Shown here piece by piece: positions 15,491 through 28,894 of a stretch of DNA of 64,000 nt (within the stretch, counting starts at the first letter, position 1; each line of letters begins with the position of its first letter). Position numbers and translations under genes: made by a program. The notes below the pieces were generated by a model. That model had not been told where the DNA came from. It saw nothing but the letters and a program-made list of their open reading frames with translations, and ran no database searches. The stretch is from the human T2T-CHM13v2.0 reference genome, Homo sapiens. The stretch is from NCBI RefSeq assembly GCF_009914755.1, contig NC_060927.1; one strand, 5' to 3'.

Positions 15491-16754
15491 AAAACAGTAT
15501 ATTACACGGGTTGAGTATTTAGAATTTATAGCTGTAATTAAATTGATAGCACAGTTAATCTGACAAAAATAATGATGTAATGATTATGCTGCATGGTGAT
15601 TAGGCATAAATGTAAAGCAATTCCCATAATTTATTTTTATTAGTATTGCTTTTACATAGCCAAAACATGGCTATAGAGTTTAGTTTTTTTTAAATCATTT
15701 AATAAGCTTTTCTTAATATCGTATAGCATTTCAATCATCATTGCAAAAATCATTCACATGCATAAACCCCAGATAGGCACCTTCTTATGTCCCAGCAACT
15801 AAGGCTCTTCTGTAGTGGCCACTCCTCTCTTCCATCATCTTACTTCCCTAAAGGAATGGTTTTAGTAGCACATCACTTCAGTAGCAAATTGGCAGGGCAC
15901 AAAACTGACATCACATTGAATGTAGGTTTTCATGTAATCATATGAGATTGGGAAAGGCTGTTGCACCAGCCATCTCCCATTCTTTTCCTTCAGCAGCTGC
16001 TCTACATTCCCTGCCTCTGCTTCCTGGCCTGCCTGAGAGGTTTTGGAATGACTTGAAGCAGCCAAAATTCCGAGTCCCTTGGCTATATGATTATGATGAC
16101 AAAGGGGAGAGATTAAGATATCCAAGCTATAGGCAGAGAAAATGATCGGAGTCCTGACATCTACAAGTCTTGGGGTTAAAAAGATAAGGGGAAAAAAAAT
16201 GATGATACCAGACACAATCTCTCTCTTATCTCCTGCCCTTGACTTCAAAAAATGAAAAAAAAAAAAGACTATAGCACTTTTATCATCAGGAATAGCTCTA
16301 TTTTATCACTATCTCACTACCTAGAATTTCCTCTTGCCTGTCTTCCAATCTTTCCTCAGCTAGCTAGTTATTGCATTACCTTTCGTTAACAAAAGGCAAT
16401 CCTTTTATTTCACAATATGAAATAAAAGGTTTTAAAATGCAGGCATGCAAGAGAGTAAAAACATTAATGTGTATGAGTTTCATTCATATGAAGGATTGAT
16501 TGCAGATCCTTATTTTCATTTACAAAGAGCAATTGGAATGCAGATAAACAAATATTGTCTGGCCCCATATTTTGAGCAGAAGATGGCACTCAGAAGTGAG
16601 AAAAGGAGTGGAAAAGATAGTGAAGAGGTAAATAAGGGAAACTTTCTGATTGTACTATTTTCCAAAGGCTAGACTTGTATGTACATTGTCTGTTGACAGA
16701 TATGGTGCTCAAAGATACTTTATACACGTGAGAACTTACACAGCCTTTAAAAGC

Positions 16755-17215
16755 AAGGACATTCTGTTATTTACTACAACATAGGTGGGACAGTAGGGCA
16801 TTATGTTAAGTGAAATAAGCCAGAAACAGAAAGATAGATACCATATGATCTCACTTCCGTGTGGAATCTAAGAGTTGATCTCATAGAAATAGCATATAAA
16901 GGTGGTTACTGGAGGCTGAGGGTGAAGGGAAGGATGGGGAAAGGTAAGACATCGATCAAAGTCTAACTCTCGGTTAGACTGAAGGAATAAGTTATAATGA
17001 TCTGTCGCACTATGTGGTGACCACAGTTAATTATGTATATTTCAAAATTGCTAAAAGAATAGATTTGTAGTATTCTTACCACAAAAGAATGATAAGTTGG
17101 TGGGGTGATAGATATGCTAATTAACTAGATTGACTCTTTCTACAATGTATACATAGACCAAGATATCACATTATACTCCATAAATATTTACAATTATTAT
17201 TTTTCAGTTTTTAAA
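16755..17215 (+). mobile_element. L1MA-type 3' end
   Basis: CATTATGTTAAGTGAAATAAGCCAG...ATATTTCAAAATTGCTAAAAGAATAGATTT. Confidence 0.8.
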
Positions 17216-17420
17216 AAGGTATTTATGCCCTTTATGACTGCGTGAAGGCATGCAGTCACTTTATGAGAAATATTTATGTTACATAAGCAGTCTACACAGT
17301 GTTCAGAATTTCAACTTTTGGAAAGACAGTGTCCTATAACCATATACTCTATAACTCGATACTAATCTGGCACATTTTTATGAAAATTAATGTCTTATTT
17401 GATAAAAGTTTTTTTATGTT

Positions 17421-17740
17421 AATTTTTTTTTTATTTTTATTTAAAAAAATATTTTAGAGAGAGGGTCTTGCTCTGTCTCCCAGGCTAAAGCGCAGCAGTG
17501 GTGCGATCATAACTCACTGCAGCCTCAATCTCCTGGGCTCAAGTGATCCTCTCACCTAAGCCTCCTGAACAGCTGATACTACAGATGCATGCTACCACAC
17601 TTGCCTAATTTTTAAATTCTTTTCTAGAGACAGTGTCTCACTGTATTCCCCAGGCTGGTCTCGAACTCCTGGCTCCAAGTGATCCTGACTCTTTGGCCTC
17701 CCAAGTGCTGAGACCATAAGCACGAGCCACTGTGCCCAGC
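17421..17740 (-). mobile_element. Alu (AluJ-like)
   Basis: Antisense Alu, TSD-like ATGTTAA(A)TTTTT. Confidence 0.93.
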
Positions 17741-19230
17741 ACTGATGTTAAATTTTTTTTTTAAACTGTTAGTAGATATGTAATACTCCTTAAAATTTTT
17801 TAAAATTAATGTACATATAACAGTATATATAATGATAAAAATAGTAATGTAACTAGTTTTCTGGTTTTTTTTAACATGAAAAACTTATTGGAAGGCACAA
17901 TGATGACAGGAGAAAGATCTCAAAACAATATGAGTTCTTTGTATACTTAAAGACTCTTTGATTTATCCATATAGAGGTAGAAGAATTAGAATTTTCTATT
18001 GAATTTACAGAACACAAAGATAAAAGTTACATAAAATTTTCTCACACATCTGTCCCAAAGCTATTTTCAGGAGATGAGAATGAGGGGCAAGGATAAAAGG
18101 AATAATTGAACATAAAGCAGTTCTATGAATGGAATGCCACTTAAAAGTATGCCTTTATTATCATTTCTCAAAATAATTTTTGAGCCAGTCATTCCTGTTA
18201 CATGCTATGTTGTTCATACTATATAATCAAATTCTTTTGCCTCATTTGTATTTAAATGTATTACGAAAAATAAAGTGGGAAAATATACTGAAAATGAAAT
18301 ACAGGTAGTCTTTAGAAAGTGACTATGATATTTGTATAAGAGAAGTTTACATGATTTTTAGGTGGGAAAGCACTAACTGAAGAATATGATTTATAACAAA
18401 AATAAAGGTAACTTATTGCAGTAATGTATCATGTCATTCGTTTCCTAGGAGAAAATGAATCACATTTAAAATACTGACCCCTTCTGGTTTTCTTTTCTCA
18501 CTACTTGACAAGTAAAATCCAATTTGTGAGCTCATTGAAAAAGGAAGCTTAGATTATTCGGTAACGTTTTGAAAATTTGTATAAATCATCCAGATAACAA
18601 TCCTTAAAAAGTGGCACTCTGACAGCAAGAATTGTGTTTTGAAAGAAACGTTAAAAAAAAAAAAAAAAAAAAAAAACACTAACATCTATTCTCTGATGCA
18701 CTGGAGCTAAGATAAGGAATACCTAGTTGACTGTGCAGCATGGCCTTCATCATTCATCAACACAGTGACCAAAAAATTGATGTGTTTATATTGGAAAAAT
18801 AATATTTGAATATATGGGGCTATCAGAATGGAAGATTTCCACCACTGCTTCAGCTATGTATATGTTTTCTTTTTAAAGTTTTAATAATTCAGTTCATGTC
18901 GCATACTGTCATCGTATGCTTAGTCATATGTTTGGAATCCAGAAAACAAAAGCAAACTACTATTAACTACTACAATTACTACTAATAATTATTTTCTTCC
19001 TCTTTCTGTTCTTTCTCCTCTGTATTCTTCATCTTGTTTCTTTTTTCTTTAAGTTTAGGTGGCAGTAGTCAGAGGTTATGAAATTTAAAATGTGCAATTT
19101 GTTTGCAGAAAGTACACACTTCTTTTTAACAAGAGTTTACTGATCAAAGTATTACACATTCAATGAAATGATAAAAGATTGAGGAGCCATCCAAAGCTAT
19201 AATTTGTAACTATTATATTTTCTTTCATAA

Positions 19231-19665
<435 letters not shown>

Positions 19666-19954
19666 TAGCTAAGCATTGCAGATTTTAAAATATGGAAATG
19701 ATTCTTGTTCTCAAGGTCCTCAGGCCAGTTATCGTAAAATGTGGTAAGACCTATAATAGAGAGAACAGTTAGGGTGCTGGGGGAATAGAGGGAAGGATGC
19801 CTAACTTTATTCTTGTTAACAATGGAGTACAAAATAAGCAACAGGTAAATATTTAAACTAAAGAGATTTGTTTAATACACAATATTATTATACAATAGTA
19901 TAATAATATACAATAGAGTATAATATACTGGAGCTAAGATACATATATTTATTG

Positions 19955-20065
19955 ATTTATTTATTACCCTTGGCTGCTATAGTATGTAGAGTAATTTATA
20001 TATATATACTATGTAGAGTAATTTATTTATTTATTACCCTTGGCTGCTATAGTATGTAGAGTAAT
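19955..20065 (+). repeat. 41-bp duplication (19955-19995, 20025-20065) with a partial third copy between
   Basis: ATTTATTTATTACCCTTGGCTGCTATAGTATGTAGAGTAAT twice; TATGTAGAGTAATTTA again at 20010-20025. Confidence 0.93.
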
Positions 20066-22187
20066 AGGAATCATAATGATATACAATTGATATCTTTTTC
20101 CACTTAGTTTATCATGAACATTTCAATTATTCAATAGTCTTTGAAAACATGCCATTCCTTCATTTATTCAGGTAGTTAGGAATATCTAAAACTCTCCTTT
20201 CCTTACACGATCTGATTAATGCAAGAAATAGTACAAAAATGTATCCTAAAGGAGATTAAAAGATCAACTTTTTAAAGTTCCAGGCAAGAGCCTGGTAACT
20301 CTTTGGGAAGGAGTTATAGCAGCTGGCCTGTGATCCATTTCTGTTTTGATTTCCAGGGGGATACTCCTAAGGAAAGAAAGAAGGCAGGTGACCCAATTAA
20401 ATCTTCTCATAAACATGTAGATAATTGGCCTCCTTGGTAAATAGACTAATGAGTTTTGCTAAGAGGATAGTTCTTATTTATGGCATGCTTTAAGCAGAAT
20501 GTTCCTGGTTAGGATTGCCTATGGTAAATACAAACTAGCATCTATATAGATTTATGGGGCATGGCTTCCTAGAGATACCACGTATCAACTTCATAAGGTA
20601 TGTTGTGACATAACCTAAATGCTCCCCATTGTGTGAGGCGACCTGTGAACATGATTTAGAGAATTCATCTATTCTGAGTTAGAAAGCCCATACCCAATAC
20701 TGGTAGCAAGACCTGGGGAGCTACATCAGCTGTCCCAGACCTTTCTCTGCTTCTCTTGTGCCACTTGATTGCCTGTATACTTAAAATTATTATTAAATAG
20801 TAAAGCTTGATAGTGGATAAGGTCTCTGGTCTGTGTGAATCTGATTTGACAATTTGATCTTTTATGTTAGCTCACTCCTGAACCCCAACCAGGCCTCTGT
20901 GATGAGGCTGAATTGAGGGGCATGATTTGGACCTGAGTCCCAGTTGCAAGCTTTTTATTCCAGTCCCACGTCTAAATCTTGGGATTCAATCAACTCTTCC
21001 AACCAGCTATTAGACAGAAAATAAAAGCCTTGCCCCTTACATGCTTGGCATGGAAACATGATTAAGAGGATGAGGGGATAGCTTATTCCATAATTTAGCA
21101 CAACAGTTATATATACAGTGGAGAGCTACTGAAGTATTTCTAATAATGAAATCAAATAATTACATTTATTTTAGAAAGATTATTACACATAGAGGGTAGA
21201 CACAAGAGAGCAAACATAGAAGAAAGCAATTGAGAATAAATAATTAGGAAGTTATGGAATTTTTCCAGATGAGCAATGATTATCAATGGATTAATGTTAG
21301 AAGAAAGCAGTCTTCAAAATAAGATGATACTTTAAGCGTTTCATTAACTCACCATAGTTTATTCAATTTGTAAAATACCACGGATGTTAACAAGAGTTTA
21401 ACATCTTTTTTTCTTAATAATTTGAAAAGCTTTTAATGGATATTTTACAAAACAAAACTGAGCCAATAAGTATAATAAGTATATTTAAGTATTTGAAACA
21501 TGGGAGCACATAAATTCTTCTAGTTTAAAAAATTTGAACTGACTTTTCAAGATTTCTAAAGAGTGACCATTGCGTGCAGCAGAGGATGACCTGGCTATTT
21601 TGGGAAAAGGTGCGTCTTTGTCACTTGAGCATTCTTAGTTATCTCTTGGTGCTCTGTGTTCTTTTTGCCTCCCCCGAATCTTCTTTCTGTGGGAACAACG
21701 ACTTTTATGATCCAAAGGATTGAACCTTGGGCTGAAAAACCACGATCCAGCCTATCCGTTAAGAGTCCCTGTGACTCTTTCTTCTTCTGTCAGCAAGATT
21801 TTCCTGGCATTTGGCCTCATTCTGCCACTCACTACAGGAATTTGAACTTACCATGCCATCGACCTAAATGGAGTCACTAAAATGCCTTTAGTAAATTTTG
21901 TAGGCTTTTATTTCTTTTTTAGTCTGGCTACTGCAGGAGTCAAATGACTTCTTTAGGAAAAGATGGTCATTTTTTTTCCTCCAAAGATTTATTTAGGACA
22001 TTGGCGTTCAAACTCTGCTCTGTAAAGATGTAGGGTTTCTGTGGAATCGCTTGAGGAGCTGTCTTGAAGGAATAGATAGGGATGAACCGGAGACCCCCTT
22101 AGTCTGGCACACCAAATCTAGCTAGAGGCAGGGTATCTTTTTTCCGGTTAAGCATGTAGAATTTCACTTGAAGAAAGTTTCTTCTTA

Positions 22188-22217
22188 ACACACACACATA
22201 CACACACACACACACAC
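22188..22217. repeat. (CA)n microsatellite
   Basis: Seen directly. Confidence 0.95.
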
Positions 22218-23424
22218 GGTTTGAATAAACCCTTTTAAATCATTAAAATCAACTATAAGCAATCTCCATTCATAAGCACATTTGCCATGGGACAAAATCA
22301 GGTCAATTCTGGTGGTTTTCTTGAAGGCTTTTCTTTTTTTTTTTTTCATTTGTATGAGTTAAGAGGCAATGGTTGATAGGTCAAAGACCCTACCTTGAAG
22401 TTAGGCAGGCCTAATGTGGGTTTGTTGTCACTCTTTGCTCACCTAAGCAACACAAAATGAGATCCTTATGTTCAATTTTAGTGGAGCAGTTTTAATCCCT
22501 ACTGTTCCATACTCATATTAATGAGGCAATGAACTGTTAAGAAGAGGTAGTAAATGTGAAGTCTCCAAATGGAAACCAATAATAAATATGTTAAAATTTG
22601 TCATTTATAATCTATTTCAAAAATCTAATGTCATTACTCTGTTGTACTAGTACTTTATAAGAAATATTGAATATAAATATAAAGAAATATTCTTTATAAG
22701 AAATATTGCTTCTTCAAGGTAAAAACTTACTGTCAGTGGAAAGAAGATAATTATCAGCATTTGTTTTTGTTTCTGACAAAAGAATAGCCGCTGGGTATGG
22801 TATCTCTGAAAACGGCAAGCTTGGTCATGTTTCTTTATCTTGAATTTACAGAAGTCTTTTGATAATAAACAGTGTGATATCTAGAAATTTGATTACTTAA
22901 CTGTGAGCACAGTGAAGGCTACCCTCAGGCTTGTAAAATAATACTTTTAAAACTGATGACGGCATTAGGTAACTATCAACCTAGAAATGTCTGTGTTTTA
23001 GATTCTTATAGTACCCTGAAACTTAATTTTAAATCTGCATCTATTTGATAGATTGTACATGAGCTTCAACTTTTCACCTTAATGTTTTCTTTGGTCGTAG
23101 TGTATAATAGTGGTCGGGGTTTTTTTTGTATTTGCTTTCTTGCCCAGACTGCTGTTTGCCAGCAGAAATAGTAAACTGATAGAAACAGGGTGAAATGATG
23201 AGAAACAGGCAGTGGAAAAATGAAAGAAATGGGAACTGCTGAAAAGGAACAAAAACAGAAATACTGGAAAGGAATACTAGAAGTCAACAATGTAGTATTA
23301 AAAAAAATGAAATGGAAAGGAAAAGTAAATGAAGAAAAAATTCCCAAAATGCTTCAGGGAAGAAAAGAAATGGTTAAAGATGTGGTTTTACCATTTGTTA
23401 AATTATATTGTAGCAATTAAAACT

Positions 23425-24057
<633 letters not shown>

Positions 24058-24517
24058 TAATTTTCTTTAAATCAGACAGTCTACTGTCTCCTGCCCCACT
24101 CTCCCAAACTCTGTTAGGTTTCCCTTTTGTTACTAGAAAGGCAGTGTAAGGGACAACTGACATTTTTAAATGTCTTAATGGTATTTTGGGGACACCATAT
24201 CTCAATTTTAAAACAGTGGCCATGTTCCGTAAAGTCAAGTTTACTTTAAAAAGGTTACCAAACTGTTCTACTCAATCAGAAATGAGACCACAATTGCTAA
24301 GTAGCTGCCCTCATTAACAGGCTATTTTACTTTCTGTAGGAATTTATTATTTACGACCCAGTTGGCAGGAAGAAAAACCATTCTCATTTTTATAAATTAC
24401 TTGTTAGCAAAAGCTTTTTTTTTTCCTTTTTTTTTTTTTTTTTTTCAGATAAAGCCTCTGGCCTCTATCATTTCCATTTGTTCTATAACATAAAAGTTAG
24501 AGGTTGCTTCAACTATT

Positions 24518-24718
24518 CTCTACTCAGAATTTTTTTTGATAAAATTTTTATTTTGATATAATTTTAAACTTAGAAAAAAATGTAAGAATAGTACAAGGAG
24601 CTCCTGTGTGCTCTTTATAGAGATTCATCAACTGTTTTACATTTCACCACGTTTACTTTTTTTTATTATTATACTTTAAGTTCTGTGATACATGTGCAGA
24701 ACTCTATTCAGAATTTTT
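24518..24718 (-). mobile_element. 5'-truncated L1PA 3' end plus ~120 bp extra sequence within one 17-bp TSD (probable 3' transduction)
   Basis: TTATTATTATACTTTAAGTTCTGTGATACATGTGCAGAAC; TSD CTCTA(C/T)TCAGAATTTTT at 24518-24534 and 24702-24718. Confidence 0.7.
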
Positions 24719-24723
24719 GTTAG

Positions 24724-25418
<695 letters not shown>

Positions 25419-26259
25419 CATTCATTTATTTAATAAATATGTTATAAAAATATAGTTTCCGGTTGTGCTGTATGTAAAAAATACAAAATGAATGCAACAC
25501 AAACCCTGTTTTCAAGCAGCTAAAAATTTATTCCTTGGGAAAAACAGAATAGGGAGAAATTCCATGGAGAATCAATGAAAGTTTCAAAGACTGAGCTCTG
25601 AAGTGGGTCTAGGTGAAGAGACCATTTTTATTCACTTTTTTTCTAAGTGACTACAAGCTCATTCACCTAGTTAAAAGGAAATTTTATGATTTTTGTGGCA
25701 ATTTGTGTAAGCATTAGAACTTTCTGAGCATCTAGAAAGAAGAGGCAAATAATTTTAATTCCTTGATTTGGTAGTTAATTACACAAGAGTGTCTATCTTG
25801 CTTTGAAGGGGCAGAAGTATTGCTAGCTATGTATCGGAGTTTGGTCAGAGTAAAATCTCCACAAATGATATAAGAGATTTATTATTGGAATTAGATATTA
25901 TTTAATTAAGGGAGCTGTTTAAGTAGTCTGTTTTATTGCGTCACTGCTTCTGGTGGTAGGCTTTAAGTGAGCAGGGCTGGCAGTTAGCACGTGAGGTTAG
26001 CGGGGAGTAAAAGACACACTAGAATCCACGAAGACAAAAGATGAAACACGTCTCTTCTCTGCACATCCGGTTTGATGATGTGAGCGATCTGCAGAAAAGT
26101 TGGTGGATTCCACCATGGACCTGCACAGGAACCTGGTCCAGAATTTGGAAGAGCTGAAGGAAGGTCCTGTGATTCCTGGAGGAGCTGTGGGCACAGTTGC
26201 TGCCCTTACCTACATGTTGAGCCACTGGATGTGTAACAATATATGTGTACACTAAGCTC

Positions 26260-26535
26260 AAGGAGTTTTTGACGATTACATAGCAAAGTTACCAAGATAT
26301 ATGACATTTTATTACCCCAGAAAGATTCTGAGTACGCCTTCAGAATTCATTGTTCCCTTCATCAAAAGCAGTTATTTTTCTGATTTCTTTTTACCATAGA
26401 TTAGTTTTGCCTGTTCTCAAACTTAAAAAGGTAATGAAATAGCATGTACTCTTTTATCTGGAATTTTTCTCTCAGCATAGTATTTTTGAAGTTTATTCAT
26501 AGTGTGTGTCTCAAAAGTTTGCTCCTTTTTATTGG
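26260..26535 (-). mobile_element. L1ME-type fragment
   Basis: CCATAGATTAGTTTTGCCTGTTCT...CTCAGCATAGTATTTTTGA. Confidence 0.6.
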
Positions 26536-26663
26536 GTCAGGTGTAAAAGTGGTATTTTTGCTTTTGGCTTAACTCCCATTGTCTGGACAAGAACATTTAC
26601 TTAGAAGTGCATGAATAAGGCTTGAGGCCACTGTATTATTCCTGGAAGAGCTGCCTCCTTAGA

Positions 26664-26882
26664 GATAACTTTCAGTGATAGAAAGTTATCAGTGATAACT
26701 TTCAGTGATAGGAAGTTATCAGTGATAACTTTCAGTGATAGGAAGTTATCAGTGATAACTTTCATTGATAGGAAGTTATCAGTGATAACTTTCAGTGATA
26801 GGAAGTTATCAGTGATAACTTTCAGTGATAGGAAGTTATCAGTGATAACTTTCAGTGATAGGAAGTTATCAGTGATAACTTT
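26664..26882. repeat. 30-bp minisatellite, ~7.3 copies of GATAACTTTCAGTGATAGGAAGTTATCAGT
   Basis: Exact period 30; single variants in units 1 and 4. Confidence 0.98.
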
Positions 26883-27204
26883 GGGTTACAAAATCTTTTC
26901 AACCCTGTGAGGCCCAAATTGCTGAATTCTCAGTAGGCTTGGATTTCAACACACAGAGAGCATTCCTGAGCAGAGCTGTGTTCTTCCATCTCAGCATCCA
27001 AATCCCTCAGATCTTTCCTGAGCTTTCTCTCATTAACATACACTAACATGTTACAATTTTCTTCTAGTTATCCTAGAGTTATGTAAATGTTGTTAGTATA
27101 TAGTCTCTCTTCCAAGATATCATAAACAATGATTTTATTAAATGTTTTGGCATGGCACAGTAAGAATCACTGACTATATTAGAGTTCTCCAGAGAAAAAG
27201 AGTG

Positions 27205-27216
27205 GAGATATACATG

Positions 27217-27254
<38 letters not shown>

Positions 27255-27295
27255 TATATATATACACACACATATATATGTATGCACATATATAC

Positions 27296-27331
<36 letters not shown>

Positions 27332-27332
27332 C
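27205..27332. repeat. (CA)n-(TA)n-(TG)n fold-back microsatellite
   Basis: CA run mirrored by TG run, closed by AGATATAC/GTATATCT. Confidence 0.93.
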
Positions 27333-27483
27333 TGCTTTGACTCCTTCCTACTAGTTGCAATGCAGATTAAACAGCAAGAACTGGGATAACCACCCTGGAT
27401 TGTGAGGTTGAAGATTGGGCCTGGATCCCTGATGATTCTGGAGTCTGGCCATCTACTAATTACCTGGACAACCTTGGGAAGCC
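27333..27483 (-). repeat. Inverted copy of 28979-29129 (151 bp, 6 mismatches)
   Basis: Direct base-by-base reverse-complement comparison. Confidence 0.96.
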
Positions 27484-28410
27484 ATCATAGTACAAACATA
27501 GATGATTACATAAACCTAGATGATACAGCCTACTACTACACACCTAGGCTATATGGTATAGCCTGTTGCTCCTAGGCTATAAACCTGTACAACAAGTTAC
27601 TGTACTGAATACTGTAGGCAGTTGTAACACAGTGGTATTTGTGTATCTAAACATACCAAAATGGAAAAGGTACAGTAAAAATATGCTATAAAAGATAAAA
27701 AAATTGTACACCTGTATAAGGAGCTTGCCATGAAGGGAGCTTGCAGGACTGGAAGTTGCTCTGGGTGAGTCAGTGAGTGAGTGGTGAGTGAATGTGAAGG
27801 CCTAGGATATTCCTGTACACTACTGTAGCGTTTATAAACTCTGTACACTTAGGCTACACTAAATTTATAAAATAATATTTTTCTTTCTTCTGTAATAAAT
27901 TAACCTTAGCTTACTGTAACTTTTTTACTTTATAAAGTTTTAAAGTTTTTAATAACTTTTTGACATTTCTAATACTAAGCTTAAAACAAACATTGTACAG
28001 CTGTACAAAAATATTTTCTTTCTTTATATCCTTATTCTATAAGTTTTTTTCTATTTTTAAATTTAATTTTTTGTTGTTGTTGTTGTTAAACTTTTTTGTT
28101 AAAAACTAAGATGCAAACACATACTTTAGCCTAGGCCTGCACAGGGTCAAGATCATCAATATCACTGTCTTCCACCTCCATGTCTTATCCCACTGGAAGG
28201 TCTTCAGGGGAAGTGGCATGTGTGGAACTGTCATCTATGATAACAATACCTTCTTCTGGTAACCTCCTGTAGGATCTGTCTGAAGCTGTTTTACAGTTAC
28301 CTTTTTTTTTTTTAAGAAGGAGGACCTGCTTAAATAATGATAAAAAGTATAGTAAATACTAGATGATAGGAATTTTTCAGCTGCATTATAATCTCATGGG
28401 ACCACTGTCT
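27484..28410. mobile_element. Tigger3-family (Tigger3b-like) DNA transposon lacking both termini
   Basis: AAACCTAGATG..ACACCTAGGCTATATGGTATAGCC..; ends ATTATAATCTCATGGGACCACTGTC before the expected TIR. Confidence 0.8.
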
Positions 28411-28894
28411 GCCTGTCTTTCTATCGAGAGAGAGAGAGAGATTTAAGGAACTGGCTTATACAGCTATGAAGGCTAAGTCCCAAATTTGCTGGATGTGCTA
28501 GAGCCTGGAGACCCAGGGAAGAGTCAACATCGCAGGTCAAGTGCAAAGGCCATCTGCTGGAGAATTCCATCTTGTTCCAGGGAGGTCAGTCTTTTGTTCT
28601 ATTCAGTTCTTCAACTGACTGAAGCCCACCCACATTATGGAGGGCCATCTGCTTTACTCAGTCTAACAATTCAGATGTTACTGTCATCTAAAAACACCCT
28701 CACAGACACACCCAGAATAATACTTGACCAAATATCTGAATATCATGGTTCAGCCAAGTTGAACATAAATTATCTAGCCATCATACTGGCTTTCTAACCT
28801 GTAGTGTTTGTGACCTTGCCCTCTGTTACTTGTTTATTAAGGCAGTTCTTCACTTAGATTCTGCTACAACAACTCCACGTGGTACCAAATTCAG

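Larger units (their letters stand above)
27175..28783. mobile_element. MLT2-like ERVL LTR split into 27175-27330 and 28420-28783
   Basis: TATTAGAGTTCTCCAGAGAAA start; GAGAGAGATTTAAGGAACTGGCT...AAACACCCTCACAGACACACCCAGAATAA continuation. Confidence 0.7.

Noticed and set aside
15862-16248. 128-aa minus-strand ORF
   Set aside because: Non-ATG start, no recognisable motif or splice structure; length is compatible with chance
26664-26882. CRISPR array, or engineered tetO/loxP array (contains the tetO core TATCAGTGATA seven times and loxP-like ATAACTT..AAGTTAT ends)
   Set aside because: No unique spacers; tetO outer bases and loxP 13-8-13 geometry are absent; no vector sequence nearby. A natural minisatellite explains it.
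26692-26910. Repetitive ORF (ITFSDRKLSV)n
   Set aside because: By-product of a stop-free 30-bp repeat; GTG start and no splice context
27380-27483. Apparent MIR-like fragment inside a younger LTR
   Set aside because: Explained as part of the inverted copy of 28979-29129
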